Positions 24,459-38,304 of a stretch of DNA of 64,000 nt are shown one piece after another (position 1 is the first letter of the stretch; each line of letters opens with the position of its first letter). The stretch comes from Felis catus (taxonomy: Eukaryota): positions 200,758,001 to 200,822,000 of the forward strand of contig NC_058368.1 in assembly GCF_018350175.1 (NCBI RefSeq). Direction: 5' to 3'. Both the position numbers and the translations under genes were made by a program. The notes under the pieces were generated by a model. The model did no database searches. It saw nothing but the letters and a program-made list of their open reading frames with translations, and was not told where the DNA came from.

Positions 24459-25847
24459 AAGAATATTCTCCTTCATATCAAGAAAAAATATATACTCACT
24501 TGTTTCCAGACTTGGGAAAATGAGTATAAACAATATAGACAGACTTAAGGGACATTATTTATATTACCTGTTTGTATTATAGATCAGATTTTTTCAGATG
24601 GCAAATGGGATATTATTTTGAAAAATATCATTTATATCAAATTTTCTTTAAAATTTATTATAATCATATAATTTTAATTAAAATCATTATAATTATTGAT
24701 AAAATTGTCTTGAAATTTTAAAATGTGCATTCAATTTTTTAATGGATAAGCTTGCTCTTTAATGCATAGATATGAAATTTAATATTATAGACAAAACTAA
24801 TTTAAAATTTGATATTCCAGTAGTTCACTTATAAATTATGAAATCTAATAATCTCTAAAAGGTTATTCTCCTGAATAAAAGCAGCCTTAAAACTATGTAT
24901 TTTAAGTTATGTTCATCTCTCTTTTCCTAATAGATTGTTTCCTTTCTTGGGTATATTTGACAGAGAACATAAGGCAACAGCTAACACTGGGCACCAGTAG
25001 CTGCCACACTTTTCTAGCACTGCACTCTGAGTACTATGGTTAAATTATGTCCACTTTCATTTAGGCAGCCTTAAATTAATCACTTGTAAACTATTGATAG
25101 CAAAGGCTAACTATCACATGATTAAATACATATCTTATGTTTGATAAACTAATGAATTGCATGCAATTCCATTGTTAAAAGAATGTAGACGCTCCGTTCA
25201 GGAATTAACCTTGGGAACTTGTACAAACATAACTGCTGTCACTTGAATAAGCCCTACATCCTCTTCCTTCTCAATCCAGGCCACTTTGACCAGAATAGAG
25301 CATACAGAAGGCCCTTGACATGCCTCCTTGGAGTCTTAGGCACTGGACCACTGAATAATCCTACTCAGTCCTTTGTACTGAGCATCACGGAAGCACTTAT
25401 TCATACTTTAATTCCTATTGCTGTAAATTTAGATTTATTTGTTTCACCACTCAGGCTGTCATGGACAGGATGGTTCTTGGGATCTGTTTGTTTGTTTGTT
25501 TGTTTCTCCCATTTAGTCTCACCATTTGAACATAGATAATTATCAGTTATTATGCAACTCTGTGTCATTGTCTGGGTTATATGTAGAGACATTATAGTGA
25601 AAGACAAAACAAACAAACAAACAAACAAAAAACCAAACTAAGTATTTGTAGCTCTTGCAGGATTTTGCTAAGGGCCACAAAGAACTTCAGTAATCTATAT
25701 GAGGAACTAAGATATGAATAAACTAATTACCTGTGTGGCATCTTAGAAATCAAAGGATTCTACTAAGACTTAAAATACTCGGTGGGCAGCTGTATTGTGA
25801 TTTATAGAAGGAGACTTTTAAAATCCAAAAAACAATTTTTTTTTTCA

Positions 25848-26060
25848 AGGTGCTTGGCTGGCTCAGTCAGTTAAACATCCAGCTTTGGCTCAGGTCATGA
25901 TCTCACGGCTCATGGGTTCAAGCCCAGTGTGCTTTGGGCTCTGTGCTGACAGTTCACAGCCTGGAGCTTGCTTCAAATTCTGTATCTCCCTCTCTCTCTC
26001 TCTGCCCCTCCCGATTCATCCTCTTTCACTCTCAAAAAATGAATAAACATTAAAAAAAAT
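25848..26060 (+). mobile_element. Can-SINE
   Basis: Head, (CT)n tract and A-tail; TSD decayed. Confidence 0.92.
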
Positions 26061-28861
26061 TTTTTTTTAATCCAGAAAAGTTCTAAAATTGCTACTCTGA
26101 CAAAAGAAGTACCTGCCTGGAATAGCTAAATTTTAAACTTTTTTTAAATTTAAAATTTAAACTAAAATTTAAACTTCTTCCAGATACAATTTTAAAATGA
26201 ACACTTCCCTGGCCTTCTCCTTTAATTCCACCCCTATACCTGCCCACCTCTTGCTTTACTCCTCCTCCTCCTTCTGGCCTTTCTATGCTCTTCTTTTTTG
26301 TCCATTAACATTTCCCACACACATACATTCTTGTTGGTCAATAGCCACTTACAATGTCTTATAACATAGTTTCCGATTATGACCAGACTTGCTGGCTTTA
26401 GAGTTTTAAACTGTAGTCTAGATTAGATTTGTATTATCTATTTAAAGACTTTTCTAACCCTCACAAGTAAAAACAAATCCATGAAAGGATTTAGTATGTC
26501 ACTTGGAAACTTTAGTGCAGGAGCCACCTCTTGGAAACAGAGAATGTTTAAATTTGGAAAAATCAGAGTGAATTGATTAGCAAAGTGGTAGCAATCATAT
26601 GAATCGAAAGTTAGCCAAGGATGTATATAAAAGGAGTATAAAAATTGAATAAAATCTATTAAAGGCTATCCATGAGATCTTTCCTGTAAAAACTGGTCAA
26701 AAATTCAGTTTGAATACAAGGGAATAAAATAAATACATCCCAGATATTAGAGACCATTTCACTAACACTTTCAGGAAGTATCCTGGTCTCAGTCAGAGAG
26801 AAGATATTACAACTGTCCTATTCACCTTTGTTGTTTGATTGTCATAAATCTGCAGTGGTGGATTTTGGAAGAAATACAAAGAAGATGGTAGACTTCCCCC
26901 TCTCTGATCTATAAGACATTGCTGGGCAGTTTGAAGATACTTAGACTCCAACAAACAAACAATTCTAGACCCACGTAATAACACCTTAAATTTGACAGTT
27001 ATGTATGCCCAAGAACAAGGACATCCCTGGGACTACTCAGAAAACAAAATAAAACAAATTAACAACAGCAACAATAAAACTTCACATACCTGTCTTTATA
27101 GGAAGGGCAAGGGACATTTAAAGAACAATTACCCTGTCTTATCTCAAAAGATACAATCTGAAAGATAAAGAACAAACTTTGTCTGGTTGAATGATGCCTC
27201 TTGTTTGACCAAAATTACCCTTCACAAAGGAGGAAGAAATTCTCATACAATGGCAAGACAAAATATTTCATTTCTAGTTGATGCTAGGGCTACTGAGCCC
27301 TGTCAACTAGGAACAGATAGGAGAGGAAATGTCTATTCAGATAGCAGTTATCTTTTTGGGTCCTTAATGATTTGGGTGCTTTGGAACAACAAGAGTTCTT
27401 ATCTGGAGGTGGTGCTGCAGTTAAACATGCCAACCATATCAAAACCCAATTAACTGGCTTGCTTCTTCCAGAGGAGTTGGTAAATAATTAAGATGAAAGC
27501 ACATACTAAAAAACAGATTCAACAAGCAAAAGGCTATGCTTCAGTAGATTATAATGCTAAATGAGCTGCTTTAAGACACATCTAGCCCATCCAAGTCCAA
27601 AACTCAAAGCCAAAACAAAATCCTGACTGATACCATCAAGTTTTGATTTAATGCCAGTTTTAGGCACCTAATTCTGAAAAAAAAAAAAAAGAAAGAAAAG
27701 AAAAAGAAAAAGAAAAAGACACTTTAGTAAAGATTAGATTGTTTCGTCCACTCAGTCTCTGGTGGCACGAAGATAATCAGCCCAAATAAGTTGAAATACA
27801 GTCTTATCAAAACTGCTGTAGTTATAAACCCACTATGGATAGAAAAACTTAATAACCATCCTAAATGGGCTTTGTTGGTGAAACTTCAATGAGATTGCCC
27901 AGAATGTCTTTTTTTTCTATTGTTCAAACCCACAATCCTGAGAAAGCTTACAAGTTTGGTAAGAAAACAGGCTAAAATTTTAAGCATGTGTGCATATCTA
28001 CAAATAACGTTTATTTCAGCCTCTGTCCCATATGTTTATGGATGTGTTCGTAATATTGGCTGTTTGTCTTATGGTTGGCTAGAAGCGTCTTCATGCTCCT
28101 TCTTTTCTTTCAGTAGACTCTCTAAAAATAAAACAACTGCTCTTACAGAGCAAAGAAATTTTAGACTTTATACTTCCTGTTTAGGGGAGACCCTCCTGTA
28201 TGTCTAGTAATAGTGGTACCCATTTCACTGAGAGAATAATTAAGGAATTCTGTAACCCTGAAGCTTCACTGCCTTTACCATCCTTAATTAAAAGAGAATG
28301 AAGGGATGGCACATAAAAATGGAAACAAGGAAAATTACCTGAGAAACTTCAATTGTTATGGCCAAATGCCTTGCCATTAGCTCTGATGGCCATCAGGTAC
28401 ACCCTAACGGGAACCTGTGGACTATCGCCACATGACCTGAGGCCCAGATATCCCCTGGGTCTAGGGACCTAACTATTCTCCTTGTTCTATTTAATGGGCT
28501 GGTATGATCAAATATTGTAGAGGTTTGATGTGCTATATCCAGGCTTCTCATTAACACCTTTGAGTAGCTCTTCCCAAAGGTAAGCCATGGGAACAAGTGC
28601 ATGCCCTTTGGCTTGGAGACCTGATTTACAGCAAATGTTGCCAACATAAAATCACTCCTGTACCTCACCGGATAGTATAACTCATTTCCTCAAAGAAAAA
28701 TTATTGGGTATTGCTAGCCACAAACACTGTAGGAAAAAAAAATCCAGGAAATTGGCATATATTCCCATATATTGACATATATTCCCAACATATACTATTT
28801 TTTATCTCAAAGAATTAAAAGGAAATTTCAAGTTATAACCAAATGCATTAACCACAACTTT

Positions 28862-29253
28862 AAAATTTTATAATTGTGGTAAAATAATACGACATAATAT
28901 TTACAATCTTAACCATTTTAAATTGTACTGATCAGTAGCGCTAAATATATTCTTATTGTTGTACAGTCCATGCAAAACTGAAAGTCTATATCCACTAAAT
29001 AATAAGTCCCCATTTCTTCCTTCCCCCATCTCCTGGCATCTACTATTCTACTTTTGTCTTTGTGAGTTTGACTACCTTAGATAAGTGGAATCAGACAGTA
29101 TTTGTCTTTTTGTGACTGGCTTATTTCACTTAGCATAATATCCTCAAGGGTCATCTATGTTGTAACTCATGTCAGAATTTCCTTTGTATTTAAGGCTGAA
29201 TATTCCATTTTATGTATATACCACATCTGTTTATCCAGTCACCTGTTGATGGA
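28862..29253 (-). mobile_element. L1MB-type 3' end fragment
   Basis: tttgtctttttgtgactggcttatttcacttagcataatatcctcaagg...aaggctgaatattccatt, an antisense L1 3' UTR. Confidence 0.85.
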
Positions 29254-29276
29254 TGAGGATAGAAAGTGTCAACCAA

Positions 29277-29490
29277 GGTGGTGCCTGGGTGGCTCAGTCG
29301 GTTGAGCTTCCGACTTCAGCTCAGGTCATGATCTCATAGTTTGTGGCCTTGAGCCCCGCGTCGGGCTCTGTGCTGACATCTCAGAGCCTGGAGCCTGTTT
29401 CGGATTCTGTGTCTCCCTCTCTCTCTGCCCCTCCCTCGCTCGCACTCTGTCTCTCTCTGTCTCAAAAATAAATAAAAACCATTTTAAAAA
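29277..29490 (+). mobile_element. Can-SINE
   Basis: TSD aaagtgt(c)aacca on both sides. Confidence 0.95.
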
Positions 29491-29809
29491 AAAGTGTAAC
29501 CAGACTGTTCCAAGCAAACCAGGCCATATCTACCTTTCTGATAAACATCCTGGTATCCTTAGTACCTAATACAATGCCTGATTCATAATAACTACTCTTT
29601 TGTTGAATAAATTAATAAGTAAATTATTCAATCAAAACTATGTAGCTCTGACTACCTCTTTGATAAATTAGCATTTATCCTAGATGCCAAAGGTATCAAA
29701 CTAAAAATTATCCCCAAATAACCCTTTCATTCCCACACTAACTCCAGTATGGACTCTGGCTCATGTTACCTCCCCAATATGCTTCAGCTTTGGTCTCCTT
29801 CCTTATTCC

Positions 29810-30061
29810 CACTAAAACTTAGTTTGGATCCTCATTATCCCTCAAATGGACTGACTGGATATGGACCTACCAGCTCTTCATGCTTCCAGTCTCTCCTCTG
29901 TAATACATCGTTCTCAGTGTGATGTTCCCAAAACAGAAATCTGATCACTGCATCCCTCTCTTCAATACCCTTCAAAATCTCCACACCTAAGAGATGAAAC
30001 CAGCTTCATCATGAAACAAAACACATGCATGGTCTCATGTCAGCAAAATTTTTCCAGTAGC
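29810..30061 (+). mobile_element. L2 LINE fragment (left half of the L2 interrupted by the L1)
   Basis: aaaacagaaatctgatcactgcatccctctcttcaatacccttcaa...tgcatggtct; resumes at about 32055 (gcctttaaactgctgttctctctgcctggaatgctcttc). Confidence 0.65.
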
Positions 30062-30556
30062 TAGCTCTTCCTGATGGATAGACCCTGTAATTGTTATATA
30101 ATGCCCTTCTTCATCTCTTGTTACAGCCTTTAATTTAAAGTCTAGTTTGTCTGATGTAAGTATGGCTACTCCAGCTTTCTTTTGACTTCCAGTAGCATGA
30201 TAAATCGTTCTCCATTCCCTCACTTTCAATCTGAAGGTGTCCTCAGGTCTAAAATGGGTCTCTTGTAGACAGCAGATAGATGGGTCTTGTTTTTTTATCC
30301 ATCGTGATACCCTATGTCTTTTGGTTGGAGCATTTAGTCGATTTACATTCAGTGTTATCTCTGAAAGATATGGGTTTAGAGTCATTGTGATGTCTGTAGG
30401 TTTCATGCTTGTAGTGATGTCTCTGGTACTTTGTGGTCCTTGCAACATTTCACTCACAGAATCCCCCTTAGGATCTCTTGTAGGGCTGGTTTAGTGGTGA
30501 TGCATTCCTTCAGTTTTCGTTTGTTTGGGAAAACCTTTATCTCTCCTTCTATTCTG
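30062..30556 (-). mobile_element. Felid L1, inverted segment: ORF1 C-terminus, spacer and first ~108 codons of ORF2 (endonuclease)
   Basis: [33 protein letters not shown] (ORF1 end); ORF2 ATG at 30385 reading MTLNPYLSEITLNVNRLNAPTKRHR...CCLQETH...EEGHYITITGSIHQEEL. Confidence 0.95.
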
Positions 30557-31815
30557 TAATCATCAAGACAGCATGGTATTGGCACAAAAACGGACACATA
30601 CACCAGTGGAATAGAATAGAGACTCCAGAATTGGACCCACAAAAGTATGGCCAACTAATCTTTGACCAAGCAGGAAAGAATATCCAATGGAAAAAAGAGA
30701 GTCTCTTTAACAAATGGTGCGGGGAGAGCAGGACAGCAACATGCAGAAGAATGAAACTAGACCACTTTCTTACACCATGCACAAAAATAAACTCAAAATG
30801 GATAAAGGACCTGAATGTGAGATAGGAAACCATCAAAACCCTAGAGAAGAAAGCAGGAAAAAAAACCTCTCTGACCTCAGCTGCAGCAATTTCTTACTTG
30901 ACCCATCTCCAAAGGCAAGAGAATTAAAAGCAAAAATGAACTATTGGGACCTCATCAAGATAAAAAGCTTCTGCACTGCAAAGGAAACAATTAACAAAAC
31001 TAAAAGGCAACCGACAGAATGGGAAAAGATATTTGCAAATGACATATCAGACAAAGGGCTAGTATCCAAAATCTATAAAGAACTCACCAAACTCCACACC
31101 TGAAAAACAAATAATCCTGTGAAGAAATGGGCAGAAGACATGAGTAGACACTTCTCTAAAGAAGACATCCAGATGCCCAACAGGCACATGAAAAGATGCT
31201 CAACATCGCTCCTCATCAGGGAAATGCAAATCAAAACCACACTGAGATACCACCTCACGCCAGTCAGAGTGGTTAAAATGAACAAATCAGGAGACTATAG
31301 CTGCTGGAGAGGATGTGGAGAAACAGGAACCCTCTTGCACTGTTGATGGGAATGCAAACTGGTGCAGCCGCTCTGGAAAACAGTGTGGAGCTTCCTCAAA
31401 AATTAAAAATAGAACTACCTTATGACCCAGCAATAGCACTGCTAGGAATTTACCCAAGGGATACAGGAGTACTGATGCATAGGGGCACTTGTACCCCAAT
31501 GTTTATAGCAGCACTTTCAACAATAGCCAAATTATGGAAACGGCCTAAATGTCCATCAACTGATGAATGGATAAAGAAATTGTGGATTATATATACAATG
31601 GGAATACTACTTGGGAATGAGAAATAATGAAATACGGGCTTTTGTAGCAACATAGATGGAACTGGAGAGTTATCCTAAGTGAAATAAGTTATACAGAGAA
31701 AGACAGATACCATATGTTTTCACTCCTATGTAGATCCTGAGAAACTTAACAGAAGACCATGGGGAGGGTAAGGAAAAAAAAAAAAAAGTTAGAGAGGGAG
31801 GGAGCCAAACCATAA
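30554..31815 (+). mobile_element. Felid L1, sense segment: ORF2 C-terminal third and partial 3' UTR, no poly(A)
   Basis: [77 protein letters not shown]. The UTR stops at ...ggagccaaaccataa. Confidence 0.95.
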
Positions 31816-31825
31816 ACTGCCTTTA

Positions 31826-32048
31826 TTTTTTTTTTAAATTTTTTTTCAACGTTTATTTATTTTTGGGACAGAGAGAGACAGAGCATGAACGGGGGAGGGG
31901 CAGAGAGAGAGGGAGACACAGAATCAGAAACAGGCTCCAGGCTCTGAGCCATCAGCCCAGAGCCCGACACGGGGCTCGAACTCACGGACCGCGAGATCGT
32001 GACCTGGCTGAAGTCGGACGCTTAACCGACTGCGCCACCCAGGTGCTC
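31826..32048 (-). mobile_element. Young felid Can-SINE
   Basis: 16-bp TSD ccataaactgccttta at 31810-31825 and 32049-32064. Confidence 0.97.
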
Positions 32049-33066
32049 CCATAAACTGCCTTTAAACTGCTGTTCTCTCTGCCTGGAATGCTCTTCTTCC
32101 AACTGCTCCATTTCCCTCCTTTCCATGCCCCACCTCTGTCTCCTTCGCCTGCACTCACCTTGGTACAAATCACCTCAATTTCCTTTTCCCTCCCACCATC
32201 CTAAAACAAATGAGTGAGAGACAGGGCTAGAAGTGTGGCAATGATTTAGTGGACTATTAATACTTAACTCTGCATTTCAGTGAAATTTAAGGCTGTGAAG
32301 AACCCTGCTGGGTCATCTAGGCCGTTTCTCTTCTTCATCAAAGATGCACCTTCACAGCTAACTAAAATAAATATGTAAATAAATTATACAACTTAAAGGG
32401 GCATGTACATTTTGTGAACCACTCTCAGGAGTCATTAATGATGTGTAATGAATCTGTTTCCTAAATTATTGTTTAAATTCCATAAATTTTCCATACTGAA
32501 ATTTAAACTGATTTTTTTTCCTTTTAATTCATGGAGAAGCTTGAGATGGGCACCGTATATTTTTAACTTGAGGATTTAAATAACTTCTAAGTTCTTGCCT
32601 CCAAGTTGAATAATTCCAGATCTTTTAACCTTCTCTTGTAGGTCTTACTTTACAACCAATTCATTATCTTTGTGGCTGTCCTCTGAACCCTCTCCAAGTG
32701 TTTGCATTCCTTTTAAGATTGGGAGTCTTCCACATGCTACAGAATCCCGGGAAGGATTTGACAAGTTGTCCATTCATTAGGAAGATTACCTCAGAGTTCT
32801 TACATGCTATGTCCTCAATTGTATCAAAGCCTTGACTTTGCCTTTCCAACTCTAAAGCTGACACTGGTGACTAACTTTACTCGGTTTCTTCTTCATACAC
32901 TCATTATTTTGCCATTGCTCCCAAATATAATCAATTAATTCTTCCTCTCGTTCACTGCCATCCTCCTCAACTGTTCTAATTTAACTTTGTCTTGACAAAG
33001 CTGTGATCTGTTTACGTCTGTCTTTCAAACTTCCTAAGGGAATACTGAATTAAAAATCTGTCTTTC

Positions 33067-33267
33067 GGGGCGCCTGGGTGGCTCAGTCCATTAAACATCC
33101 GACTTCGGCTCCGGTCATAATCTCACGGATCACACCAAGCTCTGTGCTGACAGCTCGGAGCCTGGAGCCTGCTTCGGATTCTGTATTTCCCTCTCTCTCT
33201 GCCCTTCCCCTGCTCGCCCTCTGTCTCTCTCTCAAAAATAAACATTTAAGAAAATTAAAAAAAAAAA
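33067..33267 (+). mobile_element. Can-SINE with a small internal deletion
   Basis: ggggcgcctgggtggctcag head; degenerate TSD aaaaatctgtctttc / aaaaatttcctctttc. Confidence 0.93.
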
Positions 33268-33429
33268 TTTCCTCTTTCACAGCTGACACTTGCAAATTGA
33301 TAGTACTCTGGGATAATGAGCTAATATACACTAATAACAAAAATAACGATAATTAGATCAGATATTTCATGTAGATTATCTCACTTAATGGTAATATTAA
33401 TAGTAGTTGTAGTAATAATGAAACATACC

Positions 33430-33560
33430 ATTATGTGGTGTTCATATTAATTCATTTACCTTTGCAAGTATTCTGTGAATTACAAGTTTTCATCACCAGG
33501 TCACAGAAAAGGGAGCTGAGGTACTGAGAGTTAAATAGTTTTACCATTGGCTTGGACAAA
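33430..33560 (-). mobile_element. MIR fragment
   Basis: cacagaaaagggagctgaggtactgagagttaaatagtttta resembles the antisense MIR core. Confidence 0.55.
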
Positions 33561-36320
33561 AGTGCCAGAAATATTATTATGTTTGATTTAAGCATGATTC
33601 AGTTATGATTCATGACTTACCCCTGATTCTGCGTTCCTAACAATCATTTAGATATCCAGAAAACCAAGATCTACTTAGAATTGAGGTTCTAAGGATAAAA
33701 ACCGCTTCATACTCTTTAGAATCTTAAAATTCCAGCAATGGAGGAAAATGAATTTGAGTCTCTAATTTCCCTGGGGGGAACAACAACAACAACAACAACA
33801 AAAACTAAAGAGAAGAGAAAAGGGGGGAGAGCCAGCAGACTGAACACTTCTGTCTGCAAAAGGAATTAGGGAAGTGCTAGAGAAAAGCTCAGTTCCAGAC
33901 CTTATTAGAAGAAGGAAGCAAAAGTGATGCCTTACTTTGATAAGATAAACTGAAGTTTACAAGGATAAGCTGATAACAAGGACAGCATTAAAATTCCCTG
34001 AAGCTTCTTCTTCTTCTTCTTCCTCTTCTTTTTTTTTTTTTTTTTTGAGGCTATGCATTGCATTGAGGTCGCATTAAGCATTTTATAAGGTTTGCTAATT
34101 AATTAGGTAGGTAATTCATTTGTTTTTCAATGACGTTTCTATTAAGGTTAACGTACAGGTGGCAAATATTGTTTGACTCATTTTTTTTAAAAAAGTTATG
34201 TTTTATATAAAAATTTAATAGATTAGGACAATCATATAATATCTGTAAGACTAATGGGATACACCCTAGAAGTTCATCTAAATGCTGGAAATATGCTTCC
34301 AAACCAGCCTTGAATTTCCCTTGTTGCACAGTAGAAAACACAAACTTAGACTTTCAGAGCAAAATAATAAGCCTTTAAAATTCAGTTCAGTTCAAAGAAC
34401 ATTTTCTGAACAGCTACTAATGAAAAACAATCTGTTCAAATCTATCTTTATTCATGGGAAGAAATTATAAAAAATTCTTCTTTAATTCTATCAATTCAGA
34501 GTTTGATGGCAGAAACAAAAAGAATGGAATGCTGCTCTTTTGTTCTGTTGATAAATACAAATTAATCAAGTGCAGAACTTTAGAAGGTTTATAAATATGA
34601 AAATTACTCTAACCATACTGTAATTCTCTGATACATCCTTCTTTGCTATTAATAAATGACACATCCAACATTTTAAAAATTAACCAACATCTTTAGGCCT
34701 TATCTTTAAATAGTAGCTATACATTGTGATTTTGTCAACAAGTTCCTTAAGAACGTAACTTTTATTCTCTTTATTTCCTCTGTCTTTGAAATTTAAACGT
34801 TATTATCCATTTTCTACAACTTGGTTGACCAAGTGCAGACAATTGTGTTAATTCCTCGACACAATTTCTAAGATGGAAATTCTATTTTCAAATCAGTGCA
34901 TGTATCTTGAACAGTCCTAGATATTGCATTTAAGAAATCTGAAAACTTTTAAGAATATTGCCTCCTATTATTAGTAGTAGTATTTTTACTTTCCACCCTT
35001 TCACTTCTAGACAGAAACATTTGGCAAAAATAAGAGTTATCGTTTTATGACAATGTATTCTCATTGTACTTTCCCCTCTCCTTTAAATTCTCTATTCTAG
35101 ATAATTACAGTCCTGAACCCAAACAGTCAATAGAAATATAATGGGCATGGCAGCTTTCTGTACTGGACACTGCATCTAGCTACTGAGGTTGCTTTTTAGC
35201 CGTGTGGAAATAACTCCAGGTGACTATGTGTGGTCTACGTTACGAAACCTTTGTCTTGACACCTGGTGCAATGGGGACTCGATCGAGTAAACCACAATCC
35301 CTTCTATCTTCCCTTCCATATCTGGGGTTTCCTAACCTTACTTTTAGATCTATTGTTGGCATACCAAATGACGGTACTTCCTTAGGTGTTCATGATAGAA
35401 GTTACCACCCTAGGTAGTTATCTTGTTTATCGAGGTCGAAGCAAGGAAATCTAAAAATTTTCTGCTAATTTCTTATGTCCAAGGACTCTATTTCTTCCTG
35501 CTTCAATAAATGGTCACTAGGTTTACTATCTCATAATTTCAATTATTTGTTAAAAAATACATATCTCAAAAAATAATCTGTACTTCTTTGAATTTTAAAA
35601 TAAGGAAAAAAAATAAATGCAAGGAAGGAGAACAAAGTTGTGCCATATGGTTTCGTAGTTGTATTCGTAGTGGTTTATTTGGATGCTTTGTTCAGATGGA
35701 AAGAATTATCCCATTTCTTAATTTGAAGTTTTGAAAAAACAACAAATATAACAAATACAATTTTTGTATCTCCAAATTCTAAGGGGAAACATTTTTACCC
35801 TTCTTTTAAATAAAATAAATAAAATTGTAAACAATCATGACATAATGCTTATTTCCTATTACATTTTAAAATATTTAAAACATACTAGTACCCAGCACTG
35901 GTTATAAAAATGAGCAATGAAACTGATATAGCCTTTCCTTAGGACAATAATTTTAAACATATGAAGAGACTTAAAAACATCTTTAACCACTGATGTATAC
36001 AGAATTTATCTTAAAGAAATTATCAGCCATGTTTCCAATATTGCTCACCATATTATTATGAATAATTTTAAAATATCAAAATGAATTTCATTGTATAATA
36101 ACTAGGAATTGGTTAAATGCTTTAAAGTTCAGCAACATGATGTCTTTGTACCTATGAACCAAATACATGTGGAAACACACCAAATTAGAAATAGTGATTA
36201 TTTCTCTACGATTAAATTGCTGAGGATGTCTATTTTCTTCATTTCACTTACTTTCATATTCACATATTCCCTAGTATACCTATCTGTTTGTTTGTTTGTT
36301 TGCTGATTTATTTATTTTAC

Positions 36321-36553
36321 AGACAAGGAAAAAAGAGACAAACAAAAAAACCAGACTGGTGAATACAGAGAGCAAAATGGTGGCTGCCAGAGGGGAAGTA
36401 GGGGGGAGGGGAATGGGTGAAAGAGATAAAGGGGATTAAGAGTAGGCTTATTAGGATAGGCACAGAGTAAGGTACAGAATAGTAGAATCACTATATTGTG
36501 CACTTGAAACTAAGATAACTTTGTATGTTAATTATATTGAAATGAATAAATAA
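36321..36553 (+). mobile_element. Carnivore L1 3' UTR fragment
   Basis: aatacagagagcaaaatggtggctgccagagggg...gaatcactatattgtgcacttgaaactaagataactttgtatgttaatta followed by aataaa. Confidence 0.85.
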
Positions 36554-36829
36554 CATTTTGTTTTATAATTACAAACTTATTAGCCAATTATATTATAATT
36601 AGTAAGTAATAGTTATGTGAGAAAATTATATCAAGTACTTAAAAAGTTTGCTTAAACTGAAAAAGCATAGGCTGTTGCAAACGTTGGTGGCATTTTTATT
36701 CCTCCATTATGAAGAATTGCTACGAGTAGCAGAGAGGATCGTGATATTAAATGTTGATTTTGGCAAATTGAGATAAAATACCTTTTCCCTCTGATGTTTC
36801 TCTCTACAGTTTTAAAAGTGTCTTTGTTG

Positions 36830-37010
36830 GGGGCGCCTGGGGGGCTCAGTCAGTCAGTCGAGCATCTAACTTCAGTTCCAGTCATGATCTCACAGTTCTT
36901 GTGTTTGAGACCCACATGGGGCTGTCTGCTGTCAGCTCTCTCTGCCCCTCCCCTGCTGGTGCTCTGTCTCTCAAAAACAAACAAACCCCCCCCCAAAAAA
37001 CAAAAAACAA
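36830..37010 (+). mobile_element. Can-SINE, internally deleted
   Basis: TSD aaaagtgtctttgttg / aaaagctctttgttg. Confidence 0.9.
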
Positions 37011-37523
37011 AAAAGCTCTTTGTTGCCCCTTACATAAATCTAGGCCCCTAGCTTTTATTCCGCAACTTATGTCCTTAATGTTTGTCTTTCATTCTCCAAA
37101 GCACACATTTATATAATTATTTATTTATTTATTTTGAAAATTTGAGCATGCCATTGCCTGGCTAAAACTCATTGTTGACTCTCCATCACCTTCAAGGAAA
37201 AATTCTTAGCATGGCAGATTTAGCCCTAGTCTAGCCCTATGTTTCTTCTTAACCACATTTGTACAACACCTTTATTCTTATTAAGTATTACAATACTATA
37301 TTAAGGGCCATTCCTCAAAAAGCCAAATAATTTCATGGATTTTTGGTTTTTGATATGAAAAGACTTCTCTAAACTCTCACACCTAGTCACCTGCCATTTA
37401 ACTTCTATTTTTTTTTTTTTTTTTAGCTTTTCTCATGCTTTCTCTATGAAGACCCAACTTCATGAATGGTGCCTCTTGGACTTGGAAATTATCGCCGATA
37501 TTTCTGTAATTCTGACATTTTCT

Positions 37524-37770
37524 TTTCCTTTCTTTTCTTTTTTTCAATTTTTTTGTTTAACGTTTATTCATTTTTGAGACAAAGAGAGAGACAGAGCATG
37601 AGTGGGGGAGGGGCAGAGAGCGAGAGAGAGGAGACACAGAACCTCAAGCAGGCTCCAGGCTTCGAGAGCTAACAGCACAGAACCTGAGGCCGGGCTCCAA
37701 CCCAGGAACTGTGAGATCAAGACCTGAGCCGAAGGCAGAAGCGCGGCCCGCTGAGCCAACCAGGTGCCCC
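37524..37770 (-). mobile_element. Can-SINE
   Basis: 16-bp TSD aattctgacattttct at 37508-37523 and 37771-37786. Confidence 0.96.
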
Positions 37771-38184
37771 AATTCTGACATTTTCTATACCCCAGTAATT
37801 ATCTTTATTCATATTCATATTCATATTCATTTCTTTAAATAGACTTCATTGTGGCTTTCTTAAAGATTTTTTTCACTTTTGTGTCTCTATCACTTTGGTC
37901 TGATGCAGTATGTCTTGATAATGAATATAACTTGGCGTAGCATTATCTTCAATAAGAATAAACTGTCATAAAGAGGGGAAATACTGTCAGAATGGAGTTA
38001 AGAAGAATGTAAAGTAATTTAAAGATATTTGTTTATAAAATAAATCTGTCCTTTAAAGTAATTCCACTAAGAATATGAAATAAAACCATTTACATTCACC
38101 TAGAGTGAATGTATAGTGGTGGTACCAACACATGCTGACTATTGACTATTACTTCTACTTCTAGGACTATTGTTATATTCTGAA

Positions 38185-38304
38185 AACCTACTGTGTGCTG
38201 ACCGCCATGATAATTTCTTTACACACATCGTCTCTAAGTCTTAAAGGAATCTTCCAAAGTTACTGCTATTCTTTTTCTGATTAGTTTCATCCTGTATTTG
38301 AGAA
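38185..38304 (-). mobile_element. MIR, left piece (split by the ERV; right piece 45188-45290)
   Basis: acctactgtgtgc...tttacacacatcgtctc...catcctgtatttgagaa joins aggaaaatga...cccagaggca...agaaccaagattc across the provirus. Confidence 0.55.

Noticed and set aside
25486..25628. Hairpin or miRNA formed by inverted (TTTG)n and (AAAC)n tracts
   Set aside because: Complementarity is limited to two common microsatellites.
29690..29830. Mitochondrial insertion (numt) suggested by C/A-rich composition
   Set aside because: No recognisable mitochondrial gene; contiguous with L2-derived sequence.
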